This document shows, in pieces, positions 25,513-35,609 of a stretch of 55,679 bases of DNA. Each line of letters starts with the position of its first letter. The stretch's first letter is position 1. A model generated the notes under the pieces. That model saw nothing but the letters and a program-made list of their open reading frames with translations. It was not told where the DNA came from and ran no database searches. The DNA is from Verrucomicrobiota bacterium (GTDB lineage: Bacteria; Verrucomicrobiota; Verrucomicrobiia; Limisphaerales; CANJXF01): assembly GCA_039925885.1 (NCBI GenBank), contig JBDSYB010000172.1, positions 1 through 55,679 on the forward strand, in the 5' to 3' direction. A program made the position numbers and the translations under genes.

Positions 25513-25830
25513 GTGAAAAAGAAAACGACCAAATACCCCAAGACATCCAGCGCGCCGGACGTTTTGAAAGAAACGGCGGTTTTGGACGGCCCGGTTTTAA
25601 TCAACGTTCGCGCTGCGAAGGATAGCCTTTCCAGCTTGCTCGAACGCGCGGCGCAGGGTTTGGAAACCATCATAACCAGCGATGGCGTGCCGAAAGCCAA
25701 GTTGGTTCCGGTGCAGAAAAAGCGAAAACCTTTTCGGGTCGATTGGGAGCTTTTGCGGTCGATACCAATTCGCAAGGGAGCCAGACGCGCTGAAGATTTT
25801 GTTCGCGAAGACCGAGACGGCAGAGATTAG
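25513..25830 (+). CDS. phd: Phd/YefM-family type II antitoxin
   Basis: 105 aa with a GTG start. The stretch VLINVRAAKDSLSSLLERAAQGLETIITSDGVPKAKLVPV is typical of prevent-host-death antitoxins. A PIN toxin follows 5 nt downstream. Confidence 0.8.
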   Translation: MKKKTTKYPKTSSAPDVLKETAVLDGPVLINVRAAKDSLSSLLERAAQGLETIITSDGVPKAKLVPVQKKRKPFRVDWELLRSIPIRKGARRAEDFVREDRDGRD

Positions 25831-25835
25831 GTAAT

Positions 25836-26264
25836 ATGTATCTCGACACTGCCATTTTGGTGAAACTTTTTGCGCGCGAATCGGATAGCAATTTTTTCGG
25901 AAAACTTACGGACGGAGAAAATATTTCTTCGTCCGTTTTGGCCGTGACGGAGGTGTATTCGGCGCTTTTGAGAAAAGTGCGCAATGGCGAAATGACTGTG
26001 ACGGAGCGTCGTGGTGCCTGGGCTTCTTTTGAAACTGCGGTGGATGAGGGAACCATTGAACTCGCGCCGTTTAACGAAGCCATATTCCGAAAAGCCAATC
26101 GCATCATGGAGCAATGCAGCCTGAAAGTGGCGTTGCGTTCTTTGGACGCATTGCATCTGGCGACGTGCGATCAATTGCAGGATTGGCCGCTGTGCACGAC
26201 GGATGTGCGAATGCGGCAAGCGGCGGAGTTGTTGCGGTTTCCGTTGACGGAACTTTCAAAGTGA
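25836..26264 (+). CDS. vapC: PIN-domain toxin
   Basis: 142 aa. It shows MYLDTAILVKLF (first acidic residue), TEVYSAL, and LRSLDALHLATC (conserved Asp). Confidence 0.8.
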   Translation: MYLDTAILVKLFARESDSNFFGKLTDGENISSSVLAVTEVYSALLRKVRNGEMTVTERRGAWASFETAVDEGTIELAPFNEAIFRKANRIMEQCSLKVALRSLDALHLATCDQLQDWPLCTTDVRMRQAAELLRFPLTELSK

Positions 26265-26274
26265 CCCTGCTGTT

Positions 26275-27321
26275 TTACTCGTTCGATTTCCATGAAAGGA
26301 CAGCAAGGGCCTTCGCCAAAACCGTGGCCACTCCATCTTCTCCAGAATTACACAGCACGATCACGCAAAATCTATTTTCTGGAAAGCGTTGCAGACTTGC
26401 GGAAAATCCCGACGTCGAACCACTGTGGCCGATATTCTTCCGGCCTTGATGAGGCGTGAGGTGCCAGCCGAATCCGTAGCCGTGTTCCCGTCCGTTATTT
26501 AATTTTCCCGAAGACCACATTTGCGATTTGCTCTCGGCATTCAGCAAAATGTCGGTGTCGAGTGCAGCGTTCCATTTTGCGAGATCGTTGACCGTTGACA
26601 CAATTGCGCCTGCCGAAAAAACATCGGTTAAATCATAGTCGCGATTGATGTGCTGGCCGTTTTTCGTTTCGTAACCGTCTGCGCGATTTGGAACGAGAAT
26701 GCCGGGTTCGCGGTTGGTCGTGGCGAACATTCGGAGCGGCGTGAAAATATTTTCGCCCATAAACTGCCAATAATTTTTGCCGCTCACGTTCTCGATAATG
26801 TGGCCGAGAAGGTTGTAGCCGGTGTTGCAATATTTCCATTTTTCGCCCGGCGCAAATTCGAGGGGCAACGGCGCAAGCGCAGAAATAAACTGCTTTTGGG
26901 AAAGATGTTTTGTCAGTTCGAAACCATCGAGACCGGTGTAGCTTTTTATCCCAGACGTATGAGTGAGCAAATGGCGAACAGTGATGTTTGTCCAGGCCGG
27001 AGGAAGATTTTGAAAAAATTTACTGATGCGATCGTCCACGGAAAGTTTGCCCTGTTGCTGGAGCAAGAGAATTCCCGCCGCAGTGAATTGCTTTGTCACG
27101 GAGCCAATCTCGAAAACGGATTCTGGTTTGGCGGGTGATTGCAGTTCGAGATTGGCGAAACCGTACGCTGCGGTTTTAGTTTGTTTTCCCTCGCGAATAA
27201 TGGTCAGGGCCGAGCCGGGGATTTGATGTTTCTCCATTTCCGACTTGATAAATTCGTCAACGCCGTCACCGCGAATGGAGCAGACGAAACTGAGAAACAG
27301 GACGCAAATGAGTTGTTTCAT
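26275..27321 (-). CDS. Serine hydrolase of the beta-lactamase / penicillin-binding fold (class C-like)
   Basis: 348 aa with a signal peptide. The motifs are SVTKQF (SxxK) and YCNTGYNLLG (YxN). Confidence 0.8.
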   Translation of the reverse strand: MKQLICVLFLSFVCSIRGDGVDEFIKSEMEKHQIPGSALTIIREGKQTKTAAYGFANLELQSPAKPESVFEIGSVTKQFTAAGILLLQQQGKLSVDDRISKFFQNLPPAWTNITVRHLLTHTSGIKSYTGLDGFELTKHLSQKQFISALAPLPLEFAPGEKWKYCNTGYNLLGHIIENVSGKNYWQFMGENIFTPLRMFATTNREPGILVPNRADGYETKNGQHINRDYDLTDVFSAGAIVSTVNDLAKWNAALDTDILLNAESKSQMWSSGKLNNGREHGYGFGWHLTPHQGRKNIGHSGSTSGFSASLQRFPENRFCVIVLCNSGEDGVATVLAKALAVLSWKSNE

Positions 27322-27363
27322 TCCGATTTAATAATCGCGACGCGGAAGGTTCCAAGCAGGAAA

Positions 27364-27945
27364 TCAGGCATTGAGCTTTTGCAAAGTTTGCGCGAGTCCG
27401 CTGGCCAGAGCTTTAAGCTGTTTGGTTTTGCCTTCATCTTTTAGTTTGCCGCTCGCATCGAAAGCATCGTTCGCGGATGAAATCGAAAGCTGATCGGGCA
27501 AAACTATGACCCCGATATTTCCGAGAATAGCGCGGACGTGAACGAGGCCGCGCAATCCTCCCAAGCCACCGGGCGACGCGCTCATTAACGCGACAACTTT
27601 TCCTTTGAAACAAACGAGCGGCGTTTCGTTATCAGTTTCAGGACGCGACGCCCAGTCGATTGCATTCTTCAGAACCCCGCTGATGGAACTGTTGTATTCC
27701 GGCGACGAAATAAGAAGTCCTGCATGGTCACGCAAAAGATTTTTGAACTTTTTCCCGTTTTCAGGAATGCCGCCAGTGGCTTCGAGGTCGCCGTCGTAAA
27801 GCGGCATGGGCAAGTCGCGCAAATCAATAAGAGTAACTTCCGCGCCAGCGTCGCGCGAGTGTTGCGCAGCGAGTTGAACCAGTTTTTTATTAAGAGAATC
27901 TTTTCGAGTGCTGCCTGCAAAGGCGAGAATTTTGACTGTAGCCAT
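27364..27945 (-). CDS. NADPH-dependent FMN reductase family protein
   Basis: The ATG at 27945 gives MATVKILAFAGSTRKDSLNKKL. The stretch SPEYNSSISGVLKNAIDWASR is typical of the family. Confidence 0.8.
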   Translation of the reverse strand: MATVKILAFAGSTRKDSLNKKLVQLAAQHSRDAGAEVTLIDLRDLPMPLYDGDLEATGGIPENGKKFKNLLRDHAGLLISSPEYNSSISGVLKNAIDWASRPETDNETPLVCFKGKVVALMSASPGGLGGLRGLVHVRAILGNIGVIVLPDQLSISSANDAFDASGKLKDEGKTKQLKALASGLAQTLQKLNA

Positions 27946-28238
27946 GCAGCGACTTTCGCCGCTTCGTTCGTATTTGCAAGGGAACAAAATTTTGCTTCCC
28001 GTTTATCGATTGGATGACGCAAATTTTGCGCAGGGCTACTCCACGACGGCGCGCAACGGTTGGGAAAACTCAAGCCGCGTGGAGTCGGTTTCACAATGCG
28101 GGTCTCTCCCGAAATCGAATTTAACCGCTGGGGCAATGTTGTTCGCGGAACCTATCAACCCGAACGTTGGACAAATATTTAGATCTTGCTATGTTTTCCA
28201 ATCGCATTCGTAAAATTTTGTGAAAAAATTTGTGACGT

Positions 28239-28266
28239 TTGACAACGGGGGTTCGCCCGGTACTAT
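28239..28266 (+). promoter_or_regulatory. Candidate sigma70-type promoter for the pilB-pilT-pilB-pilC operon
   Basis: TTGACA (28239-28244), a 16-nt spacer and TACTAT (28261-28266) lie 44 nt upstream of the GTG at 28310. This is a sequence match only. Confidence 0.4.
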
Positions 28267-28309
28267 TACGCACAGCTCGGCAAAAAACATTGGATAAAAA
28301 AGGTAAATT

Positions 28310-30016
28310 GTGGCCGCTAAAGACGATTATTTAATAGATTTATTGGTGGACATGGGGTTGGTCACGAACGCGCAACTGGAGGCCGTGCGCCCGGACGCGG
28401 AGTCCACGGGCGAAGGCGTGCTGGATACGTTGGTCGCCCAAAAAATTCTGCGGCCCATTGATATCGCGCAGGCCAAGGCGGCTCATTTTGGTTATGAATT
28501 GATTTCTTTCGCGGACCTGCGGTTGAGCGACGAAGTCATTGCCGCCGTGCCCAGGCATATTGCCAAGCGTTATCGGGCGGTGCCGGTTTCAAAACATGGA
28601 ACGAGTTTAACCATCGCATTGAGTGACCCTTCGGACCTCGACACCATCGACAGCTTGCAACGGGCATTGAACGTGGACATTGAGTTGCGCATCGCGACTG
28701 ACGAAGATCTCGATAACGCGCTCAATAAATATTACGGGGCGGCCGACGATTCCGTGAGTAAAGCCATTCAAGACATCACGGAAAGCGAAGTGGATGCGGC
28801 TGTGATGACCGGCTCGGGGGCCGACGACGGAGCGACGGTGGATGCGGATGCGCCGATCATCAAGCTGGTTAACACGATTATTGTTGAGGCCTTCAAATCG
28901 CGCGCTTCTGATATTCATTTGGAACCTCTGAACAAAACGTTTCGAGTTCGCTATCGAATCGACGGCGTTTTGCACGAAATGAAAAGCCCTCCAAAACGGT
29001 TGCAGGCTTCCATCATCAGCCGTTTGAAAATTCAATCAAACATGTCGATTGCCGAGCGGCGCATCCCGCAGGACGGACGTATCCAAACGCAAGTCGGCGG
29101 GAAGCTGATCGATTTGCGCGTGTCGTGCCTGCCCACCAATCACGGTGAAAGTATCGTGATGCGTATTTTGGACAAAGAAGGTTTGCGGCTTGGTTTGCCT
29201 GAACTTGGATTTTTCACCGACGATCAGCAAACCTTTGAGCGCATGATTGGTTTGCCCGATGGAATTTTGCTCGTGACGGGTCCGACTGGTTCCGGCAAAA
29301 CGACTACGCTTTACTCTTGTCTAAATTTTATTAACCGACCCGATCGGAAAATTATCACGGTCGAGGATCCCGTCGAATATTTGCTCGCCGGAATCAACCA
29401 GGTGCAAGTGAGCGAAACGGTCGGTTTGACTTTTGCGGCGGCTTTGCGCTCGATGCTTCGTCAAGCGCCGAACGTGATTATGCTGGGAGAAATTCGCGAT
29501 ATGGAAACGGCCACGATTGCCATTAATGCTTCGCTGACAGGCCATTTGGTTTTCTCAACGTTGCACACCAACGACGCGCCGGGCGCGGTCACGCGTTTGA
29601 TTGACATCGGCGTGAAACCGTTTTTGGTTGCCTCTTCCACGCGTTGTCTGATGGCGCAACGTCTGGTGCGAAAAGTTTGCAAACGTTGCGCGGAACCTTA
29701 CGTGCCGACCGACGCCGAACTGCGCGCGTTGAATCTCGATCCGGGCAGTGTGCAGGGCGCGACGTTTAAACACGGCAAAGGTTGCAGCGACTGCAATAAA
29801 AACGGTTATCGCGGGCGTTTTGGAGTGTTTGAAGTATTTGTGATCGACGACGAAGCACGAAAGTTGATTTATGATCGCGTTCCAAGTTCAGTGTTGAGAA
29901 TCCGAGCGCGCGAAATGGGTATGAGAACTTTGCGGGAAGATGGAGCGCGCAAATGTCTAGCGGGCTTGACTACACCAGAAGAAGTCATCCGCGCGACCGT
30001 TGGAGATACTGAGTAA
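28310..30016 (+). CDS. pilB: Type IV pilus / type II secretion assembly ATPase (GspE/PilB family), copy 1
   Basis: 568 aa. It has a GspE-N-like N-terminus, Walker [14 protein letters not shown], and a tetracysteine motif CKRCAEPY...CSDCNKNGYRGR. Confidence 0.9.
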   Translation: MAAKDDYLIDLLVDMGLVTNAQLEAVRPDAESTGEGVLDTLVAQKILRPIDIAQAKAAHFGYELISFADLRLSDEVIAAVPRHIAKRYRAVPVSKHGTSLTIALSDPSDLDTIDSLQRALNVDIELRIATDEDLDNALNKYYGAADDSVSKAIQDITESEVDAAVMTGSGADDGATVDADAPIIKLVNTIIVEAFKSRASDIHLEPLNKTFRVRYRIDGVLHEMKSPPKRLQASIISRLKIQSNMSIAERRIPQDGRIQTQVGGKLIDLRVSCLPTNHGESIVMRILDKEGLRLGLPELGFFTDDQQTFERMIGLPDGILLVTGPTGSGKTTTLYSCLNFINRPDRKIITVEDPVEYLLAGINQVQVSETVGLTFAAALRSMLRQAPNVIMLGEIRDMETATIAINASLTGHLVFSTLHTNDAPGAVTRLIDIGVKPFLVASSTRCLMAQRLVRKVCKRCAEPYVPTDAELRALNLDPGSVQGATFKHGKGCSDCNKNGYRGRFGVFEVFVIDDEARKLIYDRVPSSVLRIRAREMGMRTLREDGARKCLAGLTTPEEVIRATVGDTE

Positions 30017-30044
30017 GAAAAACTAAAACGAAACCGATAAAATT

Positions 30045-31166
30045 ATGTCCTATTCCATGTCTGACTTGTTGCAGTTGGTAGTTTCCGAAGGCGCGGCTGA
30101 TTTGCATTTGCGCGTCGGCGTTCCACCCGTTATTCGCCTTCACGGTATTTTGCATCGCGTGGAAGGTCCGCAGTTGAAACCAGAAGACACAGAAGAATTG
30201 ATGCGCTCCATCACGTCGGAAGACCACATCCAACACGTCCGCGAAGATGGCGGCGCTGATTTTGGATTCGCGTTTGGCGATCAGGCGCGTTTTCGCGTCA
30301 GCGTTTTCAAGGAAAAAGGAAATTTCGGAATGGTTTTGCGGCAAATTCCAAACAAGCTGCTGACTCTCGAACAAATTGGTTTGCCACCAACGATCATCAA
30401 CACCCTGATTAACAAACCGCGTGGCCTTGTTCTGGTGACAGGGCCGACTGGTTCAGGAAAAACTACGACGCTCGCTTCGATGATCAACATGATCAACGAA
30501 GAACGCGACGATGCGCATATTATTACCATCGAAGATCCGATCGAATATTATCACAAACACAAAAAAGCGGTGGTGACGCAACGCGAAGTTCATATTGATG
30601 TTCCAAATTTTGCAGAAGCGTTACGTCGCGCTTTGCGGCAGGACCCTGACGTCATTCTGGTCGGCGAATTGCGCGATCTGGAAACGATGGAGGCGGCCAT
30701 CACGGCTGCCGAAACGGGCCATTTAGTTTTCGGCACATTGCATACGACAGGAGCGGCCAAAACCATTGATCGTATTGTGAATGCCTTCCCGATGAACCAG
30801 CAGGAAACGATTCGCATCCAGCTTTCCACCGTTTTGCAGGCCGTTATTTCCCAATTGTTGCTGCCAAGGTCTGATAAACCCGGACGCGTAGCCGCGTATG
30901 AAATCATGATCAACACCCCGGCTATCGCAGCCCTGATTCGCGATAATAAAACATTTCGTATCAACTCTGACATTCAGACGGGCGCAAAATATGGGATGGT
31001 CACCCTCGACAGCTTTCTCATGAGTAAATATGAACAGGGTTGGATTTCGCGAGAGGAAGTCATCAATAAAGCGCAGGATCCGGCCACCGTGCTGGTGAAA
31101 CTCCAGGAATTTGAAGCAGCGCAAATGTCGCAAGCCGCCAAAGGCTCTAACGAGCAACCATCTTAA
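30045..31166 (+). CDS. pilT: Twitching-motility (retraction) ATPase
   Basis: 373 aa. Walker A is [13 protein letters not shown]. The PilT-specific AIxxLIRxxK block is [14 protein letters not shown]. Confidence 0.9.
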   Translation: MSYSMSDLLQLVVSEGAADLHLRVGVPPVIRLHGILHRVEGPQLKPEDTEELMRSITSEDHIQHVREDGGADFGFAFGDQARFRVSVFKEKGNFGMVLRQIPNKLLTLEQIGLPPTIINTLINKPRGLVLVTGPTGSGKTTTLASMINMINEERDDAHIITIEDPIEYYHKHKKAVVTQREVHIDVPNFAEALRRALRQDPDVILVGELRDLETMEAAITAAETGHLVFGTLHTTGAAKTIDRIVNAFPMNQQETIRIQLSTVLQAVISQLLLPRSDKPGRVAAYEIMINTPAIAALIRDNKTFRINSDIQTGAKYGMVTLDSFLMSKYEQGWISREEVINKAQDPATVLVKLQEFEAAQMSQAAKGSNEQPS

Positions 31167-31172
31167 TTTTTT

Positions 31173-32876
31173 ATGGCTGAATTTATCTCCAATCCACTGC
31201 TCGAACTCATCAAAGAGCGGCAGTTGCTTGATGATTTGCAAATCGAGGAGGTTCTTCAGGAACATTCGCGTAGCGGGAAGCCACTCGGACAATTATTTCA
31301 CGACTTCGGGTTAATTGATAAAGATGCGCAACTGCAAATTATTGCCGACCATTTGGGCACCGAGGTTGTGCAAATCCAGGAAAAAGATTTAACGCCGGAA
31401 GTCCTCGCCGTCATCCCTGCCAATACCGCGCGAATGTATCAATGTATCCCGCTGGCTGTTTACGATTCCACCGTGCGAGTGGCCCTGGCCGACCCGCTGA
31501 ATCCCGCCATTGTTGATGAATTGGGATTTATTACACGCAAGGATGTGCAACTCGTGGTGGCGGATCCTGGTGAAATTGAAAGAGCCATTTCAAAATTTTA
31601 TGGGGACAGCGGCGAAAGTGTTTCTGACATTCTCAAGGAAATTGGAGCCGATGGAGACATCGCCAAGGAAGTTGAAGACCTGGCGAATAGCGGCACGCAG
31701 GGTTTGACGGATTTGGCTAACGAAACGCCCATCGTTAAATTTGTAAATCTGGTGGTTTTTCAAGCAGTTCAAGATCGCGCCAGTGATATTCATTTTGAAC
31801 CTTTTGAAGACGAATTTAAAATCCGCTATCGTGTGGACGGCGCGCTTTACGAAATGGCTCCGCCGCCCAAACATCTCGCGCTTCCAGTTATTTCGCGCAT
31901 CAAAGTCATGGCGAACCTGAATATTTCCGAGCGCCGTCTGCCGCAAGACGGTCGTATTTCCATGCCCATTGGCAATCGGCAAATTGATTTGCGCGTTTCC
32001 ACCCTTCCCACTCAATTCGGCGAGTCTGTGGTGTTGCGTATTTTGGATCGGTCGGCGGTGAACCTTGATATCGAAAGTCTGGGACTTCCCAAGACAACGC
32101 TGGATTATATTGCGGAAGCCATCCTGCAACCGAACGGAATTTTCGTCGTTACTGGTCCGACTGGCTCTGGAAAAACCACCACATTGTATTCCTGTCTGCG
32201 CCGCATTAACAGCATCGATTCCAAATTGCTGACGGCGGAAGATCCCGTCGAGTTCGATATCGAAGGCATCATGCAGGTTGCCGTCAACGAAGCCGTCGGG
32301 ATGACTTTCGGAAAAGCATTGCGCTCGTTTTTGCGTCAAGATCCAGATGTAATCATGCTCGGGGAAATGCGCGATCTGGAAACATCGCAAATTGCCATCC
32401 AGGCATCGCTCACCGGCCATTTAGTTTTAAGCACGCTCCACACCAATGACGCCCCCGGTGCTGTCACCCGTCTTATCGACATGGGCGTCGAACCCTTTTT
32501 GATATCGTCCACTCTGATGGCGGTGCTGGCGCAACGGTTGGTTCGCACCACCTGCAAAAAATGCCGCACGCCCTTTGAGCCAACTGAGAACCAGCTTTCG
32601 CTGTTGAACCTCTCTCCGCACGATATTGGCGAAAAAGTTTTTTATTATGGTCGCGGTTGCGCTGTTTGCAATGACACGGGCTACAAAGGACGAAAGGGTA
32701 TTTACGAATTGCTCATCGTCAATGAACCCATTCGGAACTTGATTAACCAACGCGCTCCCACCGTAGTCGTGCGACAGAAAGCCGTCGAGATGGGAATGGT
32801 CACTTTGCGGGAAGATGGCTTGCGAAGCATCTTCGACGGTGATACAACTATTGAAGAAGTCGTGAAATATACCTAA
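31173..32876 (+). CDS. GspE/PilB-family assembly ATPase, copy 2
   Basis: 567 aa. Walker A is [13 protein letters not shown] and the tetracysteine motif is CKKCRTPF...[12 protein letters not shown]. It is clearly paralogous to 28310-30016 but has a divergent N-terminal domain. Confidence 0.9.
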   Translation: MAEFISNPLLELIKERQLLDDLQIEEVLQEHSRSGKPLGQLFHDFGLIDKDAQLQIIADHLGTEVVQIQEKDLTPEVLAVIPANTARMYQCIPLAVYDSTVRVALADPLNPAIVDELGFITRKDVQLVVADPGEIERAISKFYGDSGESVSDILKEIGADGDIAKEVEDLANSGTQGLTDLANETPIVKFVNLVVFQAVQDRASDIHFEPFEDEFKIRYRVDGALYEMAPPPKHLALPVISRIKVMANLNISERRLPQDGRISMPIGNRQIDLRVSTLPTQFGESVVLRILDRSAVNLDIESLGLPKTTLDYIAEAILQPNGIFVVTGPTGSGKTTTLYSCLRRINSIDSKLLTAEDPVEFDIEGIMQVAVNEAVGMTFGKALRSFLRQDPDVIMLGEMRDLETSQIAIQASLTGHLVLSTLHTNDAPGAVTRLIDMGVEPFLISSTLMAVLAQRLVRTTCKKCRTPFEPTENQLSLLNLSPHDIGEKVFYYGRGCAVCNDTGYKGRKGIYELLIVNEPIRNLINQRAPTVVVRQKAVEMGMVTLREDGLRSIFDGDTTIEEVVKYT

Positions 32877-32887
32877 CCAAATTTCCT

Positions 32888-34192
32888 ATGCCCAAATTCA
32901 ATTATGTCGCAATGGATTCCCGAGGAAAAGAAACCAAGGGCACACTCGAAGTCGCCAACCAAAACGAGGCGATTGGCCGCATCAAGGAAATGGGTTATTT
33001 CCCCACCAAAGTTGTCGAGGTAGATAAGGGCAAACTTGAAAAAAAGGGACAATCGGTCGCGAAAGGAAAGCCAAAAAAAGCGGGGGGCATCCAGATCAAA
33101 ATTCCCGGGTTCAGTGGAAAAGTTAAATCAAAGGTTCTCACTGTTTTTACGCGGCAACTTGCGACTCTCGTGGAAGCAGGTTTGCCATTGTTGCGTGGCT
33201 TGCGCGTTTTGCAAAAGCAGGAGAAAAATGTCACCCTCAAAAATATTTTAGGAGACCTGGCCGCTTCCATCGAAGGTGGCAGCACTTTTTCCGAAGGATT
33301 GGCGCAACATCCCAAAGTTTTTAATCGTCTGTTTGTCAACATGGTGAAAGCGGGTGAAATGGGCGGTGTGCTCGAAGTAGTTTTGAAACGTCTTTCGGAG
33401 TTCATGGAAAAGGCGCAGAAGATCAAAGGAAAAGTTGTCGCCGCCATGTTTTATCCTATCGCCGTCATGGTGGTAGCGGTCGCCATTATGACAGTTTTGA
33501 TGGTTTTTGTTGTTCCCAAGTTTAAAGAAATTTTCGCTGGCACATTGGGCAATGGCCAATCTTTGCCCAAATTTACGGCCTTCGTGTTGGGAATCAGCGA
33601 TGTGATTGCACATCACTTTGTCCTCGCCGTCATCGGCCTCGTGGTTTTCGCAGTAGCCTTGAATATTTTCATTCGCACCAGAGTGGGTCGCAAACTCTTT
33701 GATAAATTCAAATTGAAAATGCCTGTGCTTGGACCCGTCATCAACAAGGTCGCTATTTCCCGGTTCACACGCACTTTGGGGACTTTGGTTAGCAGCGGTG
33801 TTCCGATTCTTCAGGCTTTGACCATCGTTAAGGAAACTTCTGGCAATGTCATTGTGGGCGACGCGGTCGGGGCGGTGCATGAAAGCGTGAAGGAAGGCGA
33901 AACAATTACCGCGCCTTTAGAGGCATCCAATGTTTTTCCGCCGATGGTGATTAGTATGGTGGACGTTGGCGAACAAACCGGTGCCCTGCCGGAAATGTTA
34001 ATGAAAATTGCCGACAACTATGATGAAGAGGTGGATAACGCCGTCGCAGCCATGACTTCGCTTCTGGAGCCAATCATGATTGTTTTCCTCGCGGTTATTG
34101 TTGGCAGTATCGTCATCGCATTATTTCTTCCCTTGATTGCTTTGATGGATTCTGTTGGCGCGCCCGAAGGCGAAAAAGGCGGCAAAGAATAA
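32888..34192 (+). CDS. pilC: Type IV pilus / T2SS inner-membrane platform protein (GspF/PilC family)
   Basis: 434 aa. It has a duplicated T2SSF architecture with three hydrophobic spans. LFVNMVKAGEMGGVL and MVISMVDVGEQTGALPEML are the paired signature segments. Confidence 0.9.
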   Translation: MPKFNYVAMDSRGKETKGTLEVANQNEAIGRIKEMGYFPTKVVEVDKGKLEKKGQSVAKGKPKKAGGIQIKIPGFSGKVKSKVLTVFTRQLATLVEAGLPLLRGLRVLQKQEKNVTLKNILGDLAASIEGGSTFSEGLAQHPKVFNRLFVNMVKAGEMGGVLEVVLKRLSEFMEKAQKIKGKVVAAMFYPIAVMVVAVAIMTVLMVFVVPKFKEIFAGTLGNGQSLPKFTAFVLGISDVIAHHFVLAVIGLVVFAVALNIFIRTRVGRKLFDKFKLKMPVLGPVINKVAISRFTRTLGTLVSSGVPILQALTIVKETSGNVIVGDAVGAVHESVKEGETITAPLEASNVFPPMVISMVDVGEQTGALPEMLMKIADNYDEEVDNAVAAMTSLLEPIMIVFLAVIVGSIVIALFLPLIALMDSVGAPEGEKGGKE

Positions 34193-34210
34193 CACCAAAT
34201 CCTTTTCTAC

Positions 34211-34242
34211 AACGCCGCTCAGAATCTGGGCGGCGTTTTTTT
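34211..34242 (+). terminator. Rho-independent terminator after pilC
   Basis: A GC-rich stem, aacgccgc(t)cag / ctg(g)gcggcgtt, encloses a 3-nt loop and is followed by T7 (34236-34242). Confidence 0.75.
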
Positions 34243-34290
34243 ATCCTAAACGGGGATTCAAGAAATTTTTTAAAAAGTCAAAACAATGGG

Positions 34291-34334
34291 TTGACAAACT
34301 TTTTCAAAGGCGTAAATACAATGTAATCACATTG
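34291..34334 (+). promoter_or_regulatory. Candidate promoter and operator for brnT-brnA, and possibly for the downstream pseudopilin genes
   Basis: TTGACA (34291-34296), a 16-nt spacer and TAAATA (34313-34318) are followed by the inverted repeat caatgt-aatc-acattg (34319-34334). Confidence 0.4.
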
Positions 34335-34357
34335 CATGGCTAAACGCTTTACAAAGT

Positions 34358-34645
34358 ATGGATTTTGACTGGAACAACCCGCCGTTCAACTTGGATCACT
34401 CTCTCAAGCTGCCAGAGATAGAAGAATCCTTTGAAGATCCATTCGCGGTTCGACTCCTGCCCGACTCGCCCCGATTTGCCATGCAGGCACGGTTTTTTAA
34501 TTTGGGCGTCTCGGCCAACGGCACCGGAATTTTCACAGTCTTTCGAACGAACGGCAAACAAGCGCGGGTTATTTACGCCCGTGCTTTTCAAGCGGAGGAA
34601 CAATTTTTTTATCAACGCAAAGTGAACCAGGCATTGGCGCAATAA
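34358..34645 (+). CDS. brnT: BrnT-family (DUF497) type II toxin
   Basis: 95 aa. FDWN at the N-terminus, IEESFEDPFAV, and ARFFNLGVSANGTGIFTVFRTNGKQARVIYARAFQAEEQFFY follow the BrnT pattern (feWD..fEEa..vF.D...eR...iG......l.vvyt.r....riISaR.a...E...Y). Confidence 0.7.
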   Translation: MDFDWNNPPFNLDHSLKLPEIEESFEDPFAVRLLPDSPRFAMQARFFNLGVSANGTGIFTVFRTNGKQARVIYARAFQAEEQFFYQRKVNQALAQ

Positions 34646-34646
34646 T

Positions 34647-34952
34647 ATGAATGCGATTTCTAACTGGGAAGAAGTACCGATGTTTGACCGCGAGGAAGCT
34701 GAAGCCGCTTTTTGGGCGGAGAACCAGATCGACGTTCGACTGATGGAATCGGCGGTGGCAGCGAGCAGCGAAATTTCTGACTCGGTGACAATCACTTTGC
34801 GGATCGATCCCAGGATGCTGGGGCGAATTAAACGTCTGGCGCGGTCGCGTTATTTGAATTACCAGAGCATGATCAAACAATGGCTCAGCGAACGAATGGA
34901 GCAAGAGTTGCGTGATCAGCGGACAACGGGCAATTCGCGGGCGCAAATGTAA
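34647..34952 (+). CDS. brnA: BrnA-family antitoxin
   Basis: 101 aa, starting 1 nt after the brnT stop. The stretch VTITLRIDPRMLGRIKRLARSRYLNYQSMIKQWLSERM matches the BrnA ribbon-helix-helix-like C-terminus. Confidence 0.7.
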   Translation: MNAISNWEEVPMFDREEAEAAFWAENQIDVRLMESAVAASSEISDSVTITLRIDPRMLGRIKRLARSRYLNYQSMIKQWLSERMEQELRDQRTTGNSRAQM

Positions 34953-34954
34953 TT

Positions 34955-35602
34955 ATGGAAACGAAAATCAACACGGGAAGATCGGGTGGAAAAGCTGCCT
35001 TCACATTAATTGAATTATTAGTGGTGATCGCCGTTATTGGAATTTTGGCGGCGATGATCTCCCACCTGTCTGGTCCCGCCGCGATTAAAAGAAAAATCGC
35101 CCGGGTCACGGTAGAATTAGCCCAGCTTGAAACGGCCATTGATTCCTACAAAGAGGCCAAAGGGTTTTATCCGCCGAGCAATGCGGACACGAACAATTCC
35201 GTGACCAACCAACTTTTCTATGAATTGTCCGGAACTGGTTACGACGTGGCGAACAATAAATTTTTCACAATAAAAGGCGACGAAAGCATCACGACAAACT
35301 CGCTGAGAACTTATTTTGGGGTGGATGGATTGGCTAATTCTTCCACCGACAAATCAGAAGTAAAAAACTTTTTTACAGGAATGAAACCGAGTCAGTATGG
35401 CGAGCTTGTCTCATCTCCGGAAGTTGAGTTAATGCTCGTTCCTGTCGAAGGGCCAACTGACATTGTCGCCGCCAATGGAAAAAAAATAAATCCATGGCGC
35501 TACAATTCCAGCGCGCCAGTTCATAACCCCGAGACTTATGACCTCTGGGCGGAAATTGTCATTGGCGGAAAAACAAACGTTATCGGAAATTGGAAAGAAT
35601 AG
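34955..35602 (+). CDS. Prepilin-type N-terminal cleavage/methylation protein, GspG-like pseudopilin 1
   Basis: 215 aa. The N-terminus is METKINTGRSGGKAA|FTLIELLVVIAVIGILAAM. It has no cysteines. It starts 2 nt after the brnA stop. Confidence 0.85.
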   Translation: METKINTGRSGGKAAFTLIELLVVIAVIGILAAMISHLSGPAAIKRKIARVTVELAQLETAIDSYKEAKGFYPPSNADTNNSVTNQLFYELSGTGYDVANNKFFTIKGDESITTNSLRTYFGVDGLANSSTDKSEVKNFFTGMKPSQYGELVSSPEVELMLVPVEGPTDIVAANGKKINPWRYNSSAPVHNPETYDLWAEIVIGGKTNVIGNWKE

Positions 35603-35609
35603 AGTTTTC

